This document shows, piece after piece, positions 1 to 7,956 of a stretch of DNA of 64,000 bases. How positions within the stretch are numbered: position 1 is the first letter of the stretch; every line of letters begins with the position of its first letter. This DNA is from Alphaproteobacteria bacterium. Its GTDB lineage: Bacteria > Pseudomonadota > Alphaproteobacteria > Rhizobiales > Rhizobiaceae. Where the stretch lies: contig JBBCKE010000022.1 of the NCBI GenBank assembly GCA_037190985.1, positions 8,405 to 72,404 on the forward strand, in the 5' to 3' direction. The notes under the pieces are model-generated. The model worked only from the letters and a program-made list of their open reading frames with translations, searched no databases and had not been told where the DNA came from. A program made the position numbers and the translations under genes.

Positions 1-390
1 CACGTAGAGCCCGCCGGCGTCGCCCATCACCGGATCGCACAGATAGAGCGCGCCCTCGTTGCGCGCCTTGACCGCGCCGACGAGCCGCGCCACGGCCTCG
101 GCCTGCTCCGGCCCGCCGAGATAGCCCGACAGCACCGCCCCGACCTCGCCGAGCCACGGCGCGGCGCACAAATCGCCGACCAGCGCCGAGAACTCTCCCG
201 CCGGCGGCACGATCCGCGTCGCCCTGCCATGGCCGGGATGCCACGGCAGGATGACGGTCGGCACCGCCCAGACCGGCAGGCCCAGCGTCTCCAGCGCGAA
301 CACGGCGGCGCGGTTGCCGACGGTTCCGCGCACGACATGGCTCGACAGGACGATGACGGCCCGGCCGGCCGTCGCTAGCGCATCCGTCAT
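1..390 (-). CDS. pdxY: Pyridoxal kinase (5' part; runs off the window start)
   Basis: Manual translation from ATG at 390: MTDALATAGRAVIVLSSHVVRGTVGNRAAVFALETLG...HPGHG...VLSGYLG...YLCDPVMGD. These are PdxY/PdxK motifs. Not in the ORF track because truncated. Confidence 0.9.
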   Translation of the reverse strand, partial: MTDALATAGRAVIVLSSHVVRGTVGNRAAVFALETLGLPVWAVPTVILPWHPGHGRATRIVPPAGEFSALVGDLCAAPWLGEVGAVLSGYLGGPEQAEAVARLVGAVKARNEGALYLCDPVMGDAGGLYV

Positions 391-394
391 CGTT

Positions 395-649
395 TCAGCC
401 GCCGCCCGAGGAGAAGTCGATCAGCCACCAGATGACGTAGACGAGCAGCCCGACGCCCAGCCAGCGGCCGATGCGCGTGCCCCACAATTCGATCGGGTCG
501 CCGCCTTCGGCGTCGCGGCCGGCCATGTGGCCGCTCACCCGCTCTGTGACGCGGCGCGCCATCGACGCCTCGCTCTCGGCCCCGACGCGGTTGATGATCC
601 GCCGCGATTCGGCCCCGTCCCTGTGATCGTCCTTGTGGTCTCGGTTCAT
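395..649 (-). CDS. Small hypothetical membrane protein
   Basis: 84 aa with a C-terminal hydrophobic helix (IGRWLGVGLLVYVIWWLI); AAGGA upstream; ends 4 bp before pdxY. Confidence 0.7.
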   Translation of the reverse strand: MNRDHKDDHRDGAESRRIINRVGAESEASMARRVTERVSGHMAGRDAEGGDPIELWGTRIGRWLGVGLLVYVIWWLIDFSSGGG

Positions 650-788
650 AAGGTCATCCTTGCCGCGCGGAGATTAGACCCGCGCGCGCCCGGCGCACAA
701 GCAGCGAGCGCCATGCGCGGCCTGTCGTTTTCTTGTGCCAGAAACCGGGCTATGGTTGCCGCCCCTCAATCCTTCCGGGAATCGATCC

Positions 789-1418
789 ATGCACGCCCTG
801 GCCTTGTCCGCCTTCTCGCCGCGCCGTCTCGCCGGCCTCGTCACTGTGGCGCTGATGCTGCCGCTGCTCGCCGCCTGCGGCTTCAACACCATTCCGACCA
901 ACGAGGAGCGTGCCAAGGCCGCGTGGAGCGAGGTTCTCAACCAGTACCAGCGCCGGGCCGACCTGATCCCCAACCTCGTCGAGACGGTGAAGGGCTACGC
1001 CGCGCACGAGCGCGAGGTGCTGGAGGCGGTCGTCGAGGCGCGCGCCAAGGCGACGCAGACCACGATCTCGCCCGAGCTGCTGCAGGACGAGGCGGCCTTC
1101 CGGGCGTTCCAGGAGAACCAGGCCCAGCTCACCGGCGCGCTGTCGCGGCTGCTCGCCGTGGTCGAGAACTATCCCGACCTCAAGGCCAACCAGAACTTCC
1201 TCGCGCTTCAGGCCCAGCTAGAGGGCACGGAGAACCGCATCGCCGTCGCCCGGCGCGACTATATCGAGGCGGTCCGGGTCTACAACACCTCGCTGCGCAC
1301 CCTGCCGTCGATGATCTGGGCCTGGATCTGGTTCACCGACAACGAGCCGTTCCAGAACTTCACCATCGCCGAGGACAAGATGGAGGTGCCGGAGGTGAAT
1401 TTCGGCAACCGGGGCTGA
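789..1418 (+). CDS. lemA: LemA family protein (lipoprotein-like)
   Basis: QYQRRADLIPNLVETVKGYA, ENYPDLKANQNF and LEGTENRIAVARRDY motifs; LAAC lipobox-like; ATG at 789 preferred over 735. Confidence 0.93.
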   Translation: MHALALSAFSPRRLAGLVTVALMLPLLAACGFNTIPTNEERAKAAWSEVLNQYQRRADLIPNLVETVKGYAAHEREVLEAVVEARAKATQTTISPELLQDEAAFRAFQENQAQLTGALSRLLAVVENYPDLKANQNFLALQAQLEGTENRIAVARRDYIEAVRVYNTSLRTLPSMIWAWIWFTDNEPFQNFTIAEDKMEVPEVNFGNRG

Positions 1419-1430
1419 GCGGTCGTCACA

Positions 1431-2390
1431 GTGCCCACCCTGCATCCGCCGCGCCGCGCCACATCCGCCCTTCGGGCACCTTCTCCCCGTGAACGGGGAG
1501 AAGGAAGAACGGCAGCCTTTCGGCCATCTCCCCTCTCCCCGTTCACGGGGAGAGGATGCCGGCAGGCAGGTGAGGGGCAGCGCCGGCGCTGGCTGCCGGC
1601 CCTCCTGCTTCTCCTTCTCTTCTCCCTGCCGGCGCTGGCTCAGCAACTGCCGGCGCTCACCGGCCGCGTGGTCGACAATGCCGGCATGATCGACGCGGCG
1701 GCGGAAGCCGCAATCGTCGGCAAGCTCGCCGCCTTCGAGGCGAAATCGTCGGACCAGATCGTCGTCGCCACCGTCCCCGACCTCGGCGGCGAGGCGATCG
1801 AGCCCTACGCCAACCGCCTTTTCCGCCACTGGGGGCTCGGCCAGGCCGGCGAGAACAACGGCATCCTCCTGCTCGTCTCCCGCGACGACCGGCGCATGCG
1901 CATCGAGGTCGGCTACGGGCTCGAAGGCACGCTGACCGACCTCCACTCCAAGCTGATCATCGAGAACACGCTGACGCCGGCCTTCCGCGCCGGCGACTTC
2001 GCCGGCGGCATCTCGGCCGCGGTCGACGACATCGTCATGGTGCTCGAAGGCAATGGCGACGAGCTGGAGGCGCGCGCCGAACGCAACCGCAAGGATGAGA
2101 GCTTCGACGACTGGATCGCCGTGATCTTCATCGCCATCTGGCTGTCGATCTTCCTCGGGGGCTTCCTCTTCGCCGTCCTCGCCCCGGTCTTCGGCCGCAA
2201 GCTGGGACCGGGGCGCTACAAATGGCTCGGCATCACCGTCGAGTATGGCGGCGGCTCCGGCGGGAGCGGCCGCTCGTCCGGCGGGGGCTGGTCCTCCTCC
2301 TCCGGCGGCGGCGGCTGGTCCTCGGGCGGCGGCGGCTTTTCCGGCGGCGGCGGCTCGTCGGGCGGCGGCGGCGCATCCGGAAGCTGGTAG
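1431..2390 (+). CDS. TPM-domain protein (YgcG family) with Gly/Ser-rich tail
   Basis: LTGRVVDNAG, RIEVGYGLEGTLTD, GGGFSGGGGSSGGGGASGSW; follows lemA. The N-terminus contains a palindromic repeat (see findings). Confidence 0.88.
   Translation: MPTLHPPRRATSALRAPSPRERGEGRTAAFRPSPLSPFTGRGCRQAGEGQRRRWLPALLLLLLFSLPALAQQLPALTGRVVDNAGMIDAAAEAAIVGKLAAFEAKSSDQIVVATVPDLGGEAIEPYANRLFRHWGLGQAGENNGILLLVSRDDRRMRIEVGYGLEGTLTDLHSKLIIENTLTPAFRAGDFAGGISAAVDDIVMVLEGNGDELEARAERNRKDESFDDWIAVIFIAIWLSIFLGGFLFAVLAPVFGRKLGPGRYKWLGITVEYGGGSGGSGRSSGGGWSSSSGGGGWSSGGGGFSGGGGSSGGGGASGSW
1461..1577. repeat. Rhizobial-type composite palindromic element made of two inverted units
   Basis: Perfect stems ccttctccccgt-ga-acggggagaagg (1479-1504) and cctctccccgt-tc-acggggagagg (1532-1555). 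The two units are approximate reverse complements of each other. Confidence 0.75.
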
Positions 2391-2490
2391 AGCAATTCCA
2401 GGAAAAGTGTGCAGCACTTTTCCGTCCGGAATTGCGCCAAGACAAAAGAACGGACCGTTTCCGCGCTTCCGTCAAAGCCTGAAACGGTCC
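2388..2490. repeat. Bru-RS/RIME-like intergenic palindromic repeat, copy 1
   Basis: gcaattcc/ggaattgc enclosing ggaaaagtg/cacttttcc, then a second hairpin ggaccgtttc/gaaacggtcc. Homologous to 46236-46333. Confidence 0.8.
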
Positions 2491-2515
2491 GGAGAATGGA
2501 AAGGAAGGACACGAG

Positions 2516-3151
2516 ATGAGCCGTTCGCTGACACCGCACGACCACCAGACGCTCTCGGAGCGCATCAAGGCGGCCGAAGCCGTCACGCGCGGCGAGATCT
2601 ATTGCGTGGTCGCGCGCTCCAGCGACGGCTACGTCTTTCCCGCCGCCTTCATGCTCGCCGTCGGGGTGATGCTGGCCAGCGTCGCCGTCGCCGTCTGGCT
2701 CGACCGGAGCTGGTTCGCGGTCAGCCATCTCGCCTTCGCCCTGTGCGAGGCGGCGGCGCTGCTGGCGGCGCTCCTCGTGCTGCGGCTCGTGCCCGGCCTC
2801 GCCATCCGGCTGACCCCGCGCGGCCTGCGCTACCGGCGCGCGCACGACAACGCCATGCGCCAGTTCCTCGCCCACAACGTCCACCTGACGGAGAAGCGCA
2901 CCGGCATCCTGATCTTCGTTTCGCTGGCGGAACGATATGCGACCGTGGTGGCCGACGCCGGCATCCACGACAAGGTCGCCCAGAGCGAATGGGACGCCAT
3001 CGTCGGCCGCATCGTCGCCGCCGCGAAGGCCGGCCGCCTGACCGAGGGGCTGGCCGACGCCATCGACAGGTCGGGCCTGCTCCTCGCCCAGCACTTCCCC
3101 GGCGGCGTCAGCAATCCCAACGAGCTCGACGACCACGTCGTCGAGATCTGA
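2516..3151 (+). CDS. TPM-domain membrane protein
   Basis: AEAVTRGEI, TEKRTGILIFVSLAER, NPNELDD; third gene of the lemA-TPM-TPM trio; SD AAGGA. Confidence 0.88.
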   Translation: MSRSLTPHDHQTLSERIKAAEAVTRGEIYCVVARSSDGYVFPAAFMLAVGVMLASVAVAVWLDRSWFAVSHLAFALCEAAALLAALLVLRLVPGLAIRLTPRGLRYRRAHDNAMRQFLAHNVHLTEKRTGILIFVSLAERYATVVADAGIHDKVAQSEWDAIVGRIVAAAKAGRLTEGLADAIDRSGLLLAQHFPGGVSNPNELDDHVVEI

Positions 3152-3246
3152 GCCGCCCTTCCCGAAAGCCGAGGTTGTGAGAAACGGCAGCGCGAGTCCC
3201 TCGCGTCTTGCCCCGGCGCCCGCTCCGGGTCTATGGTTAACAAATC

Positions 3247-3753
3247 ATGAAGACGCTGACGATCGACATCCGCAAGGCCGAGCCGCATGACGCGGCGGCG
3301 ATCGCAGGCGTCCATGCCGCATCGTGGCAGGGCGCCTATGCCGGCATCATCCCGTTCAAGGCGCTGACGGCGATGATCTCGCGCCGCGGCGTCGCCTGGT
3401 GGGCCGACGCCATCCGCCGCGCCGCCAGCGTCCTCGTGGTCGAGATCGGCGGCGAGGTGGTGGGCTACGCCACCTTCGGCCGCAACCGCGCCCGCGAGCT
3501 GCCGCAGGAGGGCGAGATCTACGAGCTCTACGTGCGGCCCGAATATCAGGGCGTCGGCCTCGGCACGCGGCTGTTCGAGGCAGCGCGCGGCCGGCTCGCC
3601 GCCCATGGGCTTTCCGGCCTCGTCGTCTGGGCGCTCGAGGACAACGCCAACGCCGCGCGCTTCTATGCCGGGGCCGGCGGCCGCGACGTCGCCGAGGGCG
3701 TCGAGGTGTTCGACCAGCGGGCGCTGCGCAAGCTCGCCTTCGTCTGGGACTGA
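3247..3753 (+). CDS. GNAT family N-acetyltransferase
   Basis: ELYVRPEYQGVGLGTRL acetyl-CoA motif A; NANAARFY. Confidence 0.9.
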   Translation: MKTLTIDIRKAEPHDAAAIAGVHAASWQGAYAGIIPFKALTAMISRRGVAWWADAIRRAASVLVVEIGGEVVGYATFGRNRARELPQEGEIYELYVRPEYQGVGLGTRLFEAARGRLAAHGLSGLVVWALEDNANAARFYAGAGGRDVAEGVEVFDQRALRKLAFVWD

Positions 3754-3872
3754 CCCGTCCGCTTCCGCGCCGTTCCCCGCCCGGTGCCCGTCCGCTTCTT
3801 GCTGCATTGCAATAGACGCGCGCAGGCTATATCGGCGGGGAAGTCACGCCCCAACCTGTCAGGAACGCACCC

Positions 3873-4400
3873 ATGCGCATCGACGCCATTGCCATAGGCA
3901 CGAACCCGCCGCACGACGTCAACGTCATCATCGAGGTGCCGGTCGGCGGCCAGCCGATCAAGTACGAGATGGACAAGGAAGCCGGCACGCTTGTCGTCGA
4001 CCGCTTCCTCTATACGCCCATGCATTATCCCGGCAATTACGGCTTCGTGCCGCACACCCTGTCCGAGGACGGCGACCCGATCGACGTCCTCGTCTGCAAC
4101 ACGCGCCAGCTCGTGCCGGGCTGCGTCATCAACGTGCGCCCCATCGGCGTGCTGGTGATGGAGGACAATGCCGGGCGCGACGAGAAGATCATCGCCGTCC
4201 CCTCGCCGCATCTGTCGCGCCGCTACGAGAACGTCCACGACTATGCCGACCTGCCGCAGATCACGCTGCAGCAGATCGAGCACTTCTTCGAGCACTACAA
4301 GGATCTGGAACCCGGCAAGTGGGTCAAGATCGGCGACTGGCGCGACGCCGCCGAGGCGCGGCGGATGATCGTCGAGGCCATCGCGCGGGCGAAGAAGTAG
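3873..4400 (+). CDS. ppa: Inorganic pyrophosphatase (family I)
   Basis: [40 protein letters not shown]. Confidence 0.97.
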   Translation: MRIDAIAIGTNPPHDVNVIIEVPVGGQPIKYEMDKEAGTLVVDRFLYTPMHYPGNYGFVPHTLSEDGDPIDVLVCNTRQLVPGCVINVRPIGVLVMEDNAGRDEKIIAVPSPHLSRRYENVHDYADLPQITLQQIEHFFEHYKDLEPGKWVKIGDWRDAAEARRMIVEAIARAKK

Positions 4401-4409
4401 CCCGGGCGC

Positions 4410-7139
4410 CTACGCGTCGGCCGTCGCGGCCGAAACGGGTATCAGCGGCAGGGTCACGCGGAAGCAGGCCCCTTTCTCGACGCCGGGGACGAGGTCGAGA
4501 CGGCCGTTCATGTGGGTGACGATCTCGCGGCTGATCGGCAGGCCGAGCCCGGCCCCGGCATGGGAGGCGTTCTCGCCGAGCCGGCCGCGGTAGAACTTCT
4601 CGAAGATGCGCGGCCGCTCCTCTTCCGGGATGCCGACGCCGTTGTCGGCCACCTCGATGATGTAGTCGCCGTCCTCGATGCGCGAGCGCACCTTCAGCTC
4701 GGGCGCGGCCGCGCCGTTGTACTTGATCGCGTTGGAGATCAGGTTGATCAGCACCTGCCCGAGCCGGTCGGGGTCGGCGAGGACCGGCGCGCTCGCCGCC
4801 CGCGCGCCGACGCGCACCAGCGTGTTGCTCTGGCGCGCCAGCGCGTCGCAGACCTGAAGCGCCTGGTCGAGCGATTCCTCGGCGTCGATGGGCCGGTTCT
4901 CCCACACGCGCTCGCCGCGCTCCAGCGCCGAGAGGTCGAGGATCTCGTCGAGCAGCGAGGTCAGCCTGAGGCTCTCCTTGTGGATGGTGTTGAGGAACTT
5001 GCGCCGCAACGCCTCGTCGAGGTCGGTCTCGGACAAAAGGATCTCCGAGAAGGCGCGGATCGCCGTCATCGGCGTGCGCACCTCGTGGCTGACCTGGCTC
5101 AGGAACTCGTCCTTCTGCTGGTCGACCTTGCGCAACTGGCGGTTGGCGACCTCCAGCTTCTCGGCCGTGGCGCGCAGCTGCGCCGAGGCGCGCTCCAGCG
5201 CCTGCGAATGCTCGATCGCCTGCTGGGTCTCGTCGGCCATCTGCATGACCTCCTCCAGCGACACCGCATCGCCGGAGACGACCTTGGAGAGCATGACATG
5301 GGCCGAGGCCGCGCCGACCGAGCCGGCCAGCTCGCGCTCCAGCCGGTGGATGAAGGCGGGGCTGGGCGCCAGCGCCGACCACGGCATGCCGGCCTGCTTG
5401 GCCTCCTCGGAGAACAGGTCGACCGCGCGCTGGTGGCCGAGCACGCGCCGCGCGACGAGGAAGAGGTCGTCGGCCGTGGCCGAGCCGCGCAGCGAGGAAG
5501 CGTCGCCCGACGCCTTGCGGAAGACGTTGAGGAACAGCGCCGCCTGCACGTGCTCCAGCGCCGACTGGCTGGTGACGAGCGAGCCGAGGATCAGGATGCT
5601 GGTGTTGAGGAACAGGCTCCAGAACACGGCGTGCGCCAGCGGGTCGAGCCGCTCCAGGCCGAACAGCGCCTGCGGTCTCAGCCAGCCGATGCCGAACGGC
5701 CCCTCGGCCATGATGGCGGCGACGGCGGGCGAGGACGAGGCGAAGGACGGCATGAAGCTCGACCACACCCAGACGAGGAAGCCGACGAGGATGGCGACGA
5801 TCGCCGCCTTGGCCGAGGCCTCGCGCCAGAACAGGGCGGCGAGGATCGCCGGCAGGAACTGGGCGACGCCGGTGAAGGAGATGAGGCCGATCGGCGCCAG
5901 CGCGTCCGAGGCGCGCGTCAGGTAGAAATAGCTGAAGCCGAGGAACAGGATCAGCACGATGGACAGGCGCCGCGCGTTGAGGATCAGCCGGCGCACGCCC
6001 TGTCCGTCGCCGATGCCCTCGTTGGCGGTCAGCTTGAGCATGATCGGCACGACGATATGGTTCGACACCATGATCGACAGCGCGATCGATTCGAGGATGA
6101 TCATCGACGTCGCCGAGGAGAAGCCGCCGATGAAGGCGAACAGCGCCAACCCGTCCTGCCCGCCGGCGAGCGGCAGCGTCAGCGTGAACATGTCCGGGTT
6201 GGAGCCGGGCGGCATCACCGTCAGCCCGTAGAGCGCGATGGGGACGATGAACAGGCTCATCGCCAGCATGTAGGCGGGGAAGGCCCAGCTCGCCGTGCGC
6301 AGATGGCTCTCGTCGGAATTCTCGACCACCGTGACCTGGAACTGGCGCGGCAGGCAGATGATCGCCGCCGCGGCCAAGAGCATCGAGGCGACCCAGCGGT
6401 CGCCGAAGGTCTCGGTGGCGTGGATCGACAGCCCCTTCTCGGCGGCGCGGGTGTAGATCGCGTCCATGCCGCCGCTGACATAGACGACCGAAACCCCGAC
6501 CGCGACCAGCGCCGCGAGCTTGACCACGGCCTCGAGCGCGATGGCGGCGACGACGCCGTGATGCTGCTCCTTGGCGTCGACGTTGCGGGTGCCGAACAGG
6601 ATGGTGAACACGGCCATGCCGGCGGCGACGCCGAAGGCCAGCCCGACCTCGTCCCAGCCTTCGAGGCTGCCGCGCCCGAACTCGGACGCCCGGGCGATGG
6701 TCTCGATCGACGAGGTCACGGCCTTGAGCTGGAGCGCGATATAGGGCGCGATGGCGATGACCGCGAGGATGGTGACGAGCACCGCCAGCCGGTTCGACTT
6801 GCCGAAGCGGGAGGAGAGCAGGTCGGCGATCGAGGTGATGCGCTGGTCGTGGCTGATGCGCACCAGCCGGCGCAGGATGAACCACCAGCCGACGAACACC
6901 AGCGTCGGCCCGAGATAGATGGTGACGAATTCGAGCCCGTTGCGGGCGGCCGAGCCGACCGCGCCGTAGAAGGTCCAGCTCGTGCAATAGACCGAGATCG
7001 ACAGCGTGTAGACGAAGGGCGAGCGCAGGAACCCGCCGTCGCGGCTGCGCGTGTGCCGATCGCCGAGGAAGGCGACGAGGAACAGCAGCCCGACATAGGC
7101 GATCGCCGTGGCGATGACGAGGTCGGCGGTCAGCGTCAC
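4410..7139 (-). CDS. Sodium:solute symporter-fused sensor histidine kinase (CrbS/MxtR/PrlS-like; SSS-STAC-HisKA-HATPase)
   Basis: VYCTSWTFYGAVG, PYIALQLKA, LPRQFQV (SSS); LAGSVGAASA (STAC-like); SHEVRTP H-box; NLISNAIKY; GAGLGL. GTG at 7139 overlaps the upstream stop and has a GGAGG SD. Confidence 0.88.
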   Translation of the reverse strand: MTLTADLVIATAIAYVGLLFLVAFLGDRHTRSRDGGFLRSPFVYTLSISVYCTSWTFYGAVGSAARNGLEFVTIYLGPTLVFVGWWFILRRLVRISHDQRITSIADLLSSRFGKSNRLAVLVTILAVIAIAPYIALQLKAVTSSIETIARASEFGRGSLEGWDEVGLAFGVAAGMAVFTILFGTRNVDAKEQHHGVVAAIALEAVVKLAALVAVGVSVVYVSGGMDAIYTRAAEKGLSIHATETFGDRWVASMLLAAAAIICLPRQFQVTVVENSDESHLRTASWAFPAYMLAMSLFIVPIALYGLTVMPPGSNPDMFTLTLPLAGGQDGLALFAFIGGFSSATSMIILESIALSIMVSNHIVVPIMLKLTANEGIGDGQGVRRLILNARRLSIVLILFLGFSYFYLTRASDALAPIGLISFTGVAQFLPAILAALFWREASAKAAIVAILVGFLVWVWSSFMPSFASSSPAVAAIMAEGPFGIGWLRPQALFGLERLDPLAHAVFWSLFLNTSILILGSLVTSQSALEHVQAALFLNVFRKASGDASSLRGSATADDLFLVARRVLGHQRAVDLFSEEAKQAGMPWSALAPSPAFIHRLERELAGSVGAASAHVMLSKVVSGDAVSLEEVMQMADETQQAIEHSQALERASAQLRATAEKLEVANRQLRKVDQQKDEFLSQVSHEVRTPMTAIRAFSEILLSETDLDEALRRKFLNTIHKESLRLTSLLDEILDLSALERGERVWENRPIDAEESLDQALQVCDALARQSNTLVRVGARAASAPVLADPDRLGQVLINLISNAIKYNGAAAPELKVRSRIEDGDYIIEVADNGVGIPEEERPRIFEKFYRGRLGENASHAGAGLGLPISREIVTHMNGRLDLVPGVEKGACFRVTLPLIPVSAATADA

Positions 7140-7420
7140 GGCCCGGCCTCCTGCTGCCTGTCGGGTTGCCTGCCGGGTTGCCTGCCGGGTTGCTTGTGCG
7201 GCAGCTTCTCCTCCGGCGGGCGGTCGTCGGGCATGACGCGGCTGAACCAGCGCGCGCCGACGACGAGGACGAACCACAACGCGAAGACGTAGACCGTCTC
7301 GACCGGCACGCCGAACACGCGCAGATCGTAGCGGAAGAGGATGATGAGCGGCGGCAGGTAGGCGAGCGCGCCGAACACGGTGAAGAACAGCGCCGCGGCG
7401 ATGAGCTTGCGGCGGGTCAT
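7136..7420 (-). CDS. Small two-TM membrane protein coupled to the SSS kinase
   Basis: 94 aa, two hydrophobic segments, FGVP..YVFALW; GTGA overlap with the kinase start. Confidence 0.75.
   Translation of the reverse strand: MTRRKLIAAALFFTVFGALAYLPPLIILFRYDLRVFGVPVETVYVFALWFVLVVGARWFSRVMPDDRPPEEKLPHKQPGRQPGRQPDRQQEAGP
7155..7196. repeat. 12-bp tandem repeat (about 3.5 copies) encoding QPGR-QPGR-QPDR
   Basis: tgcctgtcgggt tgcctgccgggt tgcctgccgggt tgcttg. Confidence 0.85.
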
Positions 7421-7468
7421 GGCCGAGTCGGGCGGGTGGTGGTTGAGCGGGTCATCGCGCCGCGCTCC

Positions 7469-7858
7469 CTACTGCCGCTCCAGCGCCGCCGGCTCGTCGA
7501 GCAGGGCGCGCACCGCCTCGATGACGTCGGCGTTGGAATAGGGCTTGGTGACGAAGCTGTTGGCGCCGAGCTCCCCGGCGATGCGCCGGTCCTGCTGCTG
7601 CCCTTTGGCGGTCAGGACCAGCACGGGCAGCGCGGCCGTCGCCTCGTTGCCGCGGATCTGCTTCAGCACCTCGAAACCGGACCGCTTGGGCATCATGATG
7701 TCGAGTACCAGCACGCGCGGCTGGTCGCGGCGCACGGCGTTCATCACCGCTTCCCCGTCGGTGACCGTGTGAACCGTCCATCCCGCCCGGCGCAGGACGA
7801 AGGTCAGCGCCTCGAGAATGCTCGGTTCGTCCTCGGCGATCAGTATGTCGACAGCCAA
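7469..7858 (-). CDS. Single-domain response regulator (receiver only)
   Basis: ILIAEDE, LVLDIMMP, VLTA, FVTKPY; TTG at 7858 with GGAGG SD. Confidence 0.88.
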   Translation of the reverse strand: MAVDILIAEDEPSILEALTFVLRRAGWTVHTVTDGEAVMNAVRRDQPRVLVLDIMMPKRSGFEVLKQIRGNEATAALPVLVLTAKGQQQDRRIAGELGANSFVTKPYSNADVIEAVRALLDEPAALERQ

Positions 7859-7956
7859 TTGCGTTCCTCCCGCCCCCTTTCCTCCAAAAGGGACACGTTC
7901 CACTTAACCGTAACGGGAGGGTTTCGCCAAGCCCCCGGGAGGTCAGGGGCGCGCGC

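Noticed and set aside
2245-2390. GGC-rich low-complexity run as a repeat array
   Set aside because: It encodes the usual Gly/Ser tail of YgcG-type TPM proteins.
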